This document shows positions 47,655-55,092 of a stretch of DNA of 64,000 nucleotides, piece after piece; within the stretch, counting starts at the first letter, position 1; every line of letters begins with the position of its first letter. Made by a program: the position numbers and the translations under genes. The notes under the pieces were generated by a model. That model made no database searches. It saw only the letters and a program-made list of their open reading frames with translations, and was not told where the DNA came from. The stretch comes from a virus, in IMG/VR virus record IMGVR_UViG_3300029953_000001; one strand, given 5' to 3'.

Positions 47655-48254
47655 TCACTCCCAGTACAGCCTATAGTTCGTTCCGTATACTTCGTTCAAC
47701 TTCTTGAAGAAGGCATCGGTCTTTATCTTGACCATGAAATCGTCACCCTTGGCGACGACGCCTTCCCACACTGGATACTTTCCGCTGCGGACATCATCAA
47801 CGAACTGCTTGTTGAGGTTGCCCTCGTAAACCACTTCAGCCGCGTATGGCAGGTCTCCGTACTGCTTGAGAAACTGCCGGGGCGACATCATCCCCTTCTT
47901 GAACAGGTACACATCGAACAAGCGAAGCTGCTTAGGCTCCCCCGGCGTATGCACACCCGCGAAACTTGAGTCCCCGAAGAACTCTGTGAAGACCGTGGTC
48001 CTCTGGCAGTTCCGGTCGTAGTCCTTCACCCGGCGAGTCAACTCATCTGCCATGGTATCCATGAAGACCGGAATCGCTTCACCGAAGACCGGGTTGCTCT
48101 TGTCGAACAACTCATGTCGGGTACCAAACTTGAACCAACCCTTCTTGGGGTTCCACTCCCAACGAAGGTTCGAGCCATCGTACTTGTAGAAAGCGATGCA
48201 CTGCTTACCTAGAGGGGCTTTGGAACTTCCTTCGATACTTGGGTACTGCTCCAT
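47655..48254 (-). CDS. RNA ligase-like nucleotidyltransferase (Rnl family)
   Basis: Motif I KYDGSN (adenylylation Lys), FTEFFG, DVYLF, motif V EGVVAKGDD, then KIKTD. 199 aa (NTase domain only). Confidence 0.55.
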   Translation of the reverse strand: MEQYPSIEGSSKAPLGKQCIAFYKYDGSNLRWEWNPKKGWFKFGTRHELFDKSNPVFGEAIPVFMDTMADELTRRVKDYDRNCQRTTVFTEFFGDSSFAGVHTPGEPKQLRLFDVYLFKKGMMSPRQFLKQYGDLPYAAEVVYEGNLNKQFVDDVRSGKYPVWEGVVAKGDDFMVKIKTDAFFKKLNEVYGTNYRLYWE

Positions 48255-48522
48255 ACATCCCTTTCAATTTCTCCAATACCACTTCCATAATCAGGGAGTG
48301 GTTTATGAAATGCCTTCAATGTGATACCGACACGAGTAATCCAAAGTTCTGCTCCAACAAGTGACCATATTGATGGAAATTACATGAACAACCATCGTAA
48401 TAACTTGCGGTGCAACTGCCCAAACTGCGATATACAACTACCTACGTCAAAAGGGGAAGAACCGAGGCAACGGTAGGCATTGGCGTCGAGTTCGTTATGC
48501 GGAGGGTAAGTCCCGCTAAAAA

Positions 48523-48598
48523 TGGAGCCGGTTGAGGGACTCGAACCCTCTGCCTTTTGCTTACCAAGCAAATACACATCCATATATGCTTAACCGGC
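48523..48598 (-). tRNA. tRNA-Thr (anticodon GGU), CCA encoded
   Basis: GCCGGTT...TTTGC-UUGGUAA-GCAAA...GAGGG-TTCGAGT-CCCTC-AACCGGC-T-CCA. Confidence 0.6.
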
Positions 48599-48604
48599 CT
48601 TTCT

Positions 48605-48808
48605 TTACTTACAACAGCGACTAATCTGCTTATCAAGTTCCTGTGCAGTCTCGTGCGCTTTTTCAAAAAACTCATCAACATCTTCGGAGTAGGTGACTCC
48701 GTGAAGCAGAGCACGTCGCCGCTTGTCCTCTGCTACGTTGTGGCGAAGGTTCTCCAGCATCTGCTGAGCGATTGCTGCTGCGGCCTCATCCAAGTTTTCC
48801 ATACTCAC
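48605..48808 (-). CDS. Small hypothetical protein (67 aa) between tRNA genes
   Basis: Complete ORF. Confidence 0.3.
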   Translation of the reverse strand: MSMENLDEAAAAIAQQMLENLRHNVAEDKRRRALLHGVTYSEDVDEFFEKAHETAQELDKQISRCCK

Positions 48809-48823
48809 CTAATACTGCGAAAC

Positions 48824-48906
48824 TGGAGCTAGGTGAGGGACTCGAACCCTCGGTGTTTGTATACCGCTTTACGAAAGCGGTGCCGTCGCCACTGAGCCAA
48901 CCTAGC
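48824..48906 (-). tRNA. tRNA with CCA; anticodon arm CCGCU-UUCGUAA-AGCGG (CGU, Thr-like); atypical ACAAACA insert like the 46484 gene
   Basis: Acceptor GCTAGGT/ACCTAGC. T-arm GAGGG-TTCGAGT-CCCTC. Confidence 0.45.
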
Positions 48907-49423
48907 CTAATGTAAATTCTTCGTCATGGGTTTCAAGATGGCAGTTGGCACAGAGGAGGTCGCACTTATCCAACTCCTTCATCAACCGAGCCCAAGCCCA
49001 CGTCATCTTCCCTGCGATGCTAAACTCCTTTTGTTCTGGGTCTCTATGGTGGAAACTTAGAACCCGCATTGACTTACAATATCCGCACGATTGGCACTTA
49101 CCCCCTTTGTATTCAACACAACGTCTCTTTACCCGAGTCCGTTGCCTATTAGCAACACAAGAGTTGCATAAAGTCAGGGTGTGACCCTGCTTCTTGGCGA
49201 ACACATACACCCTAAAACAACGGGTACAGATTAGTGAAGCACCTTCACGCTTTACACTTACAACGACAAGACTTCCATCGTCATCCCGGCGTAAAGACCG
49301 AGTGTTGTGTGCCCCGAACGGGGAGCAGACTAAGCAATACTTTCGACGTTGGAGGTTCCGTTCAACCCCGTCGATAACCACCGTGAGTGGTATGTCTGAG
49401 CTACAAAGTGTACAAGTTCTCAT
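48902..49423 (-). CDS. HNH homing endonuclease (173 aa)
   Basis: C-terminal SFHHRDPEQK....DLLCANCH, plus Cys clusters. Confidence 0.65.
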   Translation of the reverse strand: MRTCTLCSSDIPLTVVIDGVERNLQRRKYCLVCSPFGAHNTRSLRRDDDGSLVVVSVKREGASLICTRCFRVYVFAKKQGHTLTLCNSCVANRQRTRVKRRCVEYKGGKCQSCGYCKSMRVLSFHHRDPEQKEFSIAGKMTWAWARLMKELDKCDLLCANCHLETHDEEFTLG

Positions 49424-49556
49424 GTATCAGAACTCTATAGCTCAATTTTTATACTTACTTTTACTCTAACCCACTAAGCTGGTTGGCGAGGGGAATTTTG
49501 AAATCCCAACCTCATTCTTATCAGGAATGCGCTCTTCCTTTGAGCTACTCGCCATT

Positions 49557-49633
49557 TGGTGTACCCGGAGGGACTCGAACCCCCGTAATGCTCAGTAATC
49601 GGCTGAGTGCCATAGCCACTAGGCGACGGGTAC
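49557..49633 (-). tRNA. tRNA with CCA; anticodon arm CTCAG-CCGAUUA-CTGAG (GAU, Ile-like; unusual C33)
   Basis: Acceptor GTACCCG/CGGGTAC. T-arm GGGGG-TTCGAGT-CCCTC. Confidence 0.5.
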
Positions 49634-49638
49634 AAACT

Positions 49639-49905
49639 TTACATCTTCTCTAACAAACTCTTTGCTGCTGCATCGTACTGCCATGGGTCCCAGTACCCGT
49701 TGAACCCGGCCCCGACCAACATTCCGAGGCTGTCAACTTTCTGCTCTTTCCAATCTCTGTCCTTCGGGACGAAGCCACAATCCTTGAGGATGTGAATCGC
49801 CGCCGTCGTGCGACCGAGAGGCCCGAACTTCTGCCCCGCTTCCTCTACCCCTCGCCAGTGGTGCCTAGCGAACCGGTGGAGCGCCGAACTTCTTGAACAG
49901 GTCAT
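49639..49905 (-). CDS. Hypothetical protein (88 aa)
   Basis: Complete ORF. Confidence 0.3.
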   Translation of the reverse strand: MTCSRSSALHRFARHHWRGVEEAGQKFGPLGRTTAAIHILKDCGFVPKDRDWKEQKVDSLGMLVGAGFNGYWDPWQYDAAAKSLLEKM

Positions 49906-49986
49906 CCATCCACCCGTTCACTGCCTCGCATCTGTTGCCCAAGAGGCGGTCACAATCCCTGCAATGCTCTTCCCATGCTGCCATGC

Positions 49987-50265
49987 TTATCTCCCGTAAC
50001 GAGCTTGTATCCCATCTATTACTCTGAGACAGCGGACTCTACGGCGGAGCCAGTTGCGTGCTGCGAATTTCTTTCCAGTGTTCTTGGGCAGGTTCAAGAG
50101 AAGAGAATACTCGGAGGGGTCATAGCGGTGATAGCTGACACCGTACCCTCTCCCGCGAAACTCTAAAATTGCCCGGTTGCACCGTTCTGCTAACGTCATC
50201 TTTGCTGTGACTTTCATACCCTCTCCAAAACACCAAAGCCGCCCTGTTGGGCGGCTCGTATACAT
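49987..50265 (-). CDS. Hypothetical basic protein (92 aa)
   Basis: Complete ORF. Confidence 0.3.
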   Translation of the reverse strand: MYTSRPTGRLWCFGEGMKVTAKMTLAERCNRAILEFRGRGYGVSYHRYDPSEYSLLLNLPKNTGKKFAARNWLRRRVRCLRVIDGIQARYGR

Positions 50266-50644
50266 CGAAGAATTTTTGACTGGTTAGTCTTCAATCCCTC
50301 CGCACACGAAGCCGCAGACGCTGGTTTGCGTTGTGGTAGTTGTAATTCGTGTTTGAGCGGAAAGACGCATTTTCAGAATCCGGTATTCCTATGGTATTTT
50401 GGTGCCGGAGGACAGGTTGCCCTATCACTCCGGCTTGGAGCCCTATCCAAGTTTGACCTCAGGTAGGGCATGGCCCGGAAGGTAAATTTTACTTTACCTC
50501 CCAGATGGTGGCTGAACTAAGGTCTCCCTCAGTCCAACCGTCTACATACATAATACACACAAAGTCAGAAAAGTGAACACTTATTTTTGAATTATTCGGA
50601 AATATTATTCTGGCAGTGCTCCCGGATGATTTTGATGGCATCTT

Positions 50645-51286
50645 TCACCCGTTGTTTCTCGGCCTCCGTGGTGCAGGTCGGCAGGACTTGCTGACCGGTC
50701 TTACGGATACCCGCCATGACGACTGCAAGGTGGTGCTCAGCGTAAGGATGCTGTCACGCACCGTGCTCATGACGTGGGTATCGTTGGCCGCATCCGTTGC
50801 ACGGCTGGAATCAGGGTAGATGAGTCCGGTACCAGTGCGGTCAGTGCGATGACCGACAAGCTTCACGCGACTCTTGTGGTAGTCGCTGCTAACCCACACA
50901 GTACCACGTTCCTTCAAACCGGGCAGAGTCCATACATGGGCACCCCACAGGAATCCCAAAAATTCCGAAGATTCCTCGCTGGCAGGAGCATAGTCCCTAT
51001 AAGTCGCTGCCATCACGTTATTATATGCCGGGGCATCGTCAGGGTGCAGCCACATGTTGGCGACGAGGAGGTTGTCCTTGTGGATTTCTCCGAAGGCGTT
51101 GGCAAGCATAGCAATAGAGAACACCTTAGGCTCCATAGCATCGAGGGGGAAGACATAGCTGTGGTAGCCCCTATCGGAGGCAAGGAGTTTAGGAGCGACA
51201 GCGAGAGTTACCCCTGCGGCACCGGCTGTGAGAAGGAACTTACGACGGTTCATAGATACCTCAATCCTTGATGCTGTATTGTACAC
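50645..51286 (-). CDS. Tat-signal protein (213 aa), third paralogue
   Basis: MNRRKFLLTAGAAGVTLAVAP, then MWLHPDDAPAYN. The C-terminal tail looks low-complexity, so a frameshift or alternative end is possible. Confidence 0.45.
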   Translation of the reverse strand: MYNTASRIEVSMNRRKFLLTAGAAGVTLAVAPKLLASDRGYHSYVFPLDAMEPKVFSIAMLANAFGEIHKDNLLVANMWLHPDDAPAYNNVMAATYRDYAPASEESSEFLGFLWGAHVWTLPGLKERGTVWVSSDYHKSRVKLVGHRTDRTGTGLIYPDSSRATDAANDTHVMSTVRDSILTLSTTLQSSWRVSVRPVSKSCRPAPRRPRNNG

Positions 51287-51686
51287 CAGACCATAGTCCA
51301 GTGCTCACTTCTTCAAGCTCTACTCCACGTACCCGGAGGAGTTCCACCGCTGCCTGTCTGGCAACACGTTCAAACTCACGGGACGCTTCACCCCGGCTAC
51401 ACACGTTGCAACTCTCGAAGTGTCCGCACAGGCACCCACCGGCATAGTAGTTGGCGACCTTGAGCACTTCCGCATTAGTCGGCCCGGACTTCGGCTTAGC
51501 GATGTGGACGCGGTAGTAAGCAATCGCATCTGCAACTTCATCGCCGTACTTGTCTTCCATCTCAGCGAACTCGGCGGCTGTTACCGTGTGACCTCGCATG
51601 TGCGACTGGATGATGTCAAGACATCGCTTATGGTTCACGCGGTCTCCTGCTCCAACTTCTTTGCGAGGATGTCCATCCACAGCCAA
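51261..51686 (-). CDS. Hypothetical protein (141 aa)
   Basis: Complete ORF. Small overlapping ORFs 51635..51934 and 51892..52164 follow on the same strand. Confidence 0.35.
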   Translation of the reverse strand: MAVDGHPRKEVGAGDRVNHKRCLDIIQSHMRGHTVTAAEFAEMEDKYGDEVADAIAYYRVHIAKPKSGPTNAEVLKVANYYAGGCLCGHFESCNVCSRGEASREFERVARQAAVELLRVRGVELEEVSTGLWSGVQYSIKD

Positions 51687-52228
51687 TCCATGGTTGACCG
51701 CAACTCAGTATCACCCTCATGGTCAGGGTCGTCGTCCATCATGAACTCATTGTAGACAGGGGCTAGTTCCGCTTGTTCCTCAGGCGTGAACTTGGCGATG
51801 ACTTCGCGGGGCATGTCATTGCAGCCATGGTTGCTGTACGTGTCTGCCGCCATGCGAAGCAGCATCGCCGCGAGTTTCTTCTCTGCTGGTTTCATGCGAG
51901 TCTCCAATCTTCTCCACGTAGGTGTAGAAGCCACTGAGCTTCCGACAGTTCAGCTTGAATGAGACGGTGGACTTGGGTGGCAGGGCACGCCTGAGAGTAA
52001 CCAGAACCAAGGCAGTGGCTCCCGCTGAAACGGGCACCCTCTCTACACTCAGGGCACACGGCCTTCGCCGCTTCCTTCAGGATTTCAATCCGGGTCTCGT
52101 TCCTCTTTTTGAATCTCATGACCGCCCCAATCTCTGTTGAAACCACTCCATGAAGTTCCGCCATACGATGACCGGAAGCGGGAGTTGGTCTTTCTGCATG
52201 TGGTTCAGTAAGGCGAAGGGCATAATTT

Positions 52229-52302
52229 TGGTGCTCCCGGCAGGGTTCGAACCCGCGTCTCTTAGGTTAGAGCTAAGGGCACAGCCGCTATACCACGGGA
52301 GC
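52229..52302 (-). tRNA. tRNA with anticodon CUA (reads UAG amber), compact 74 nt with encoded CCA
   Basis: GCTCCCG-TG-GTAT-AGCGGCT-GTGC-C-CTTAG-CUCUAAC-CTAAG-AGAC-GCGGG-TTCGAAC-CCTGC-CGGGAGC-A-CCA. Perfect 7-bp acceptor, perfect 5-bp anticodon stem, U33 and A37 in place. Confidence 0.5.
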
Positions 52303-52554
52303 TATACAAACAGTATATCTTACACTTCTTTGCGTACGTACTCAACTACACGAAAATCAGCACTCTTTGATACCGAGTTGAGCTTAGCTACTTCTACAGC
52401 ACGAAGCCGTGCGTCTTCAGACATGCTCGTGAATGGAAGTAGCCGCTGGGGAACCCAATGCGTCCAGTACGGTTCCTTCTCTTCCATGACCAGAATCACT
52501 TCTTCCTCTTTGCTGTTCCTGCTCGGTCGCAAGCCGGTGAGACGCAGTGGCGGT

Positions 52555-52776
52555 TCATCGGCGGCTTCTCTGAGCCCTAGCACCCTGAACCAGAGGCCAC
52601 AGGATGATGCAGAGGATGAGCATCCCGACACCTTGAAAGAAGTGGTCGGGCAGGTTATCTTCCTTCTCATTGAAGAGTTCGGTGAAGAAGTACATCGCAC
52701 CGGCAAACGCCCAGCAGGTTAAGAAGCCGAAGAAGAAAGGACTGTCCATTGGTATCCTCGTAAACGTGACAATCAT
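52555..52776 (-). CDS. Small membrane protein (73 aa)
   Basis: Two hydrophobic helices. Conserved promoter 110 nt upstream. Confidence 0.4.
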   Translation of the reverse strand: MIVTFTRIPMDSPFFFGFLTCWAFAGAMYFFTELFNEKEDNLPDHFFQGVGMLILCIILWPLVQGARAQRSRR

Positions 52777-52891
52777 AGCGACCTACCGAGTGCCCCCGGT
52801 AAGGGTCGTCCCCCAGATGCACGTGCCCCCACGCTCGGATTTACGGGGCTGCTGTACACACATCAGGTCGCTATGACTGTGCTCTTCCCAC

Positions 52892-52922
52892 AGTATACAC
52901 AGTCGGAAGCGTTTCTGGACAA
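52892..52922 (-). promoter_or_regulatory. Sigma70-like promoter, family copy A: TTGTCC-N19-TATACT
   Basis: Minus strand TTGTCCAGAAACGCTTCCGACTGTGTATACT. Shares a 35-nt core with copies at 55883..55913 and 56020..56050. Confidence 0.5.
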
Positions 52923-52959
52923 CTTTTTTCTTTTATCCCATATAGCGGGTGTTTAGCCG

Positions 52960-53157
52960 CTAATCGTCCCCCATATGGGACATTGCCAGCGGAACCGGGC
53001 ACTCGCTGTCATGCTCCATCTTAGATACCGGCTCGTCCCAGTACACCGAGGCCCCGCAGTGGTTGCACTCGTTGTATGTGTTCATGCCGTGAGTAACGTC
53101 GTGAGAGTATGCGGTACGGAGTACCGCTTCTGCGAGTCGCTTAGTTGCTTCCATCAC
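52960..53157 (-). CDS. Small Cys/His protein (65 aa)
   Basis: CNHCG...ECP. Confidence 0.35.
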   Translation of the reverse strand: MMEATKRLAEAVLRTAYSHDVTHGMNTYNECNHCGASVYWDEPVSKMEHDSECPVPLAMSHMGDD

Positions 53158-53162
53158 CTATG

Positions 53163-53429
53163 TCATAACTGCCTCCATTCAACTACCGGGATACGGTCGA
53201 TGTGTTGCGTGCCCATCGACTCGTCCCAGTAGAAGGTTCCATCTTCTTCGTCTGGATTCGTGGTAACCATCCAGTAGTTCGGCGGGTCGTACTCACTGTG
53301 AAAGCTGTACTCAGCCTTACAGATTCGTCCGTCCGCGAGTTTGACTTCCAATACTTCAAAGCCGTAGGTCTCTTGGTAGATGTAGCCGATGACCGGGGCT
53401 TCGCTGATAGAGTTCCATTCACTCTTCAT
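53163..53429 (-). CDS. Hypothetical protein (88 aa)
   Basis: Complete ORF. Confidence 0.35.
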   Translation of the reverse strand: MKSEWNSISEAPVIGYIYQETYGFEVLEVKLADGRICKAEYSFHSEYDPPNYWMVTTNPDEEDGTFYWDESMGTQHIDRIPVVEWRQL

Positions 53430-53877
53430 ACTTCGCCTTCAGACGCTCGTACTCGTTACGGTCATGCTCTTCCCTCGCCGCTACAGCACGGGCAGCTTCT
53501 GCTTCCTTCCTAAGCTTCTCAGCAGCAGCCGCAGCCGCCTTGGCTTCCGCTTCGGTGCGGTTGGCGATGGTCTTAGCCTCATCCAGAATTGCCTGAGCAT
53601 GTTCCTGAACTGACTCGTCCCAGTACCCGCCTTCCTTGCCGTCCTGTTCGACCCAAACCCCAGCGGGTTCCTTACCGTCAATGAGAAGGGTGATGTCGTA
53701 GTCGGCTTCACGGGACTCATGCTTCTCGTTGGCCTTGTGCTTGTCTACGATAAACTGGACAGCCTCGCCCCGGTCATCGGTGCAAAGCATGTCGAATTCG
53801 GATGAGTAGGAAGCCATAAAGCATCCACGGCAGTAGTCGGTGTTGCTCGGCTTGTAAGCGATAATCGTGTAGTTCAT
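53419..53877 (-). CDS. Hypothetical protein (152 aa) with Ala-rich coiled-coil tail ending EYERLKAKYEE
   Basis: C-terminal tail shared with the next gene. Confidence 0.4.
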   Translation of the reverse strand: MNYTIIAYKPSNTDYCRGCFMASYSSEFDMLCTDDRGEAVQFIVDKHKANEKHESREADYDITLLIDGKEPAGVWVEQDGKEGGYWDESVQEHAQAILDEAKTIANRTEAEAKAAAAAAEKLRKEAEAARAVAAREEHDRNEYERLKAKYEE

Positions 53878-54302
53878 TTTTGGTCTCCTTCAAACTTCGC
53901 CTTCAGTTCCTCGTACTTGTCGCGTTCCCACTGAGCCTGACGTTCGGTCTCAGCAGCTTCCTCAGCCATCCGTGCAGCACGACGCTGACGCTGGGCCTCA
54001 GCACGTTCCTCCTGCTTCTCGCGGATGAACTCGTCTAAGTTGTCGATACGGTCGAGCGGGATGTCGATGGAGACGTAGTAATACTCTCCACCACCGACGT
54101 ACTGAGAGCCACTGAGACGGATGCCCGTCTTGGTCATCTCAAACCCGGTGTACTCGTAATCCTTGGCCGGGTTGAAGCCCTCCCTGCGGGTGTTGTCATC
54201 GTGGATGACGTGTGCATCCTGAAGCTTCAAGAACATCGCCTTGGCTACGTGGTAGCACTGGTTGTCGATTGCCTCATGCTGTTGGAAAAGTGACTTGCTC
54301 AT
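53874..54302 (-). CDS. Hypothetical protein (142 aa) with coiled-coil tail ending YEELKAKFEGDQK
   Basis: Paralogous C-terminus to 53419..53877. Confidence 0.4.
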   Translation of the reverse strand: MSKSLFQQHEAIDNQCYHVAKAMFLKLQDAHVIHDDNTRREGFNPAKDYEYTGFEMTKTGIRLSGSQYVGGGEYYYVSIDIPLDRIDNLDEFIREKQEERAEAQRQRRAARMAEEAAETERQAQWERDKYEELKAKFEGDQK

Positions 54303-54637
54303 ATGCCCTCGCCTTCTGTGTTGGTCTGAAACGGGTAGGTTGCGTCCGTGCCCATGAGAGCACCATTAGCGTCTTCGCAGGAGACCCACTTCGCCCACGT
54401 GGATGGGAGACTGTAGTCCTCAGGATTAGCGTCGGGGTAGCGTTTGAGGAGCTTGGCAATTGCCTCGTTCCGCACAACCACCTTAGACGGGCGGTTGCCT
54501 TCGTGAGACCATACCTTGTAGCCCCACGAGTAGTAGATGGGCAGGTTGCAGTGCATACAAGCGAGGTTAGGCTGCGACATCGGAGACCTCCAGAGTTTCC
54601 TGAGGCGTCCAAAGGCGGTAGACTCCCATGGCTCCAC
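54299..54637 (-). CDS. Hypothetical protein (112 aa)
   Basis: Complete ORF overlapping the upstream gene end. Confidence 0.35.
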   Translation of the reverse strand: MEPWESTAFGRLRKLWRSPMSQPNLACMHCNLPIYYSWGYKVWSHEGNRPSKVVVRNEAIAKLLKRYPDANPEDYSLPSTWAKWVSCEDANGALMGTDATYPFQTNTEGEGI

Positions 54638-54920
54638 GAAGCTTCTTATTGGTAATGGGGTACGTCGCGACTGCGGTCAGGCCGAGGTCGAAGTCAGGCT
54701 CATAGAAAGCCTCACATTCAATGCCATAACGCTGGAGTCGTGCGATGACGGCTTCAAGAGCGTCCTTGTCAGGAACTCCGATGAGCACGAGCGAAGGGGT
54801 TTCGCTGCACCCGTCAAGCCGGGATGCCATCTCGTAGGTGGCGTGGTTAGACTGAACAATAGTTTGGGCAAGGCTGAGGTCCTGCCGGACGAAGAGGTAG
54901 TAGTGATTGACCTAGTGCAT
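54567..54920 (-). CDS. PTH2-like peptidyl-tRNA hydrolase; conserved N-terminus is reachable only by reading through an in-frame TAG at codon 3 (plus-strand cta at 54912..54914)
   Basis: RBS TAGGAGAATACAT then ATG(54918-54920)-CAC-TAG. Then VNHYYLFVRQDLSLAQTIVQSNHATYE (PTH2 VR.DL...AQ..HA motif), then MASRLDGC...SLVLIGVPDKDALEAVIARLQRYGIECEAFYEPDFDLGLTAVATYPI. No other start codon lies between the TAG and the conserved block. Confidence 0.5.
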
Positions 54921-55092
54921 ATGTATTCTCCTAATTGGTTATTGTAGCGTGAAACTTCTATTTATGCAACCAAATTCTTTGCATCTTCTATGACCTTGTA
55001 CCGTGATTCCGACCCAATGCTCACAGACCACGGGGCTGTCTCTGCCGGTGTGATGCTGCGGCTCGAAAAGGAGGTTCCCGAGCGATGTAATA

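Noticed and set aside
52320-52706. 128-aa ORF with Ser/Cys-rich N-terminus
   Set aside because: Overlaps the better-supported membrane-protein gene 52555..52776 in another frame. Only the last ~55 codons (MEEKEPYW...) might be real.
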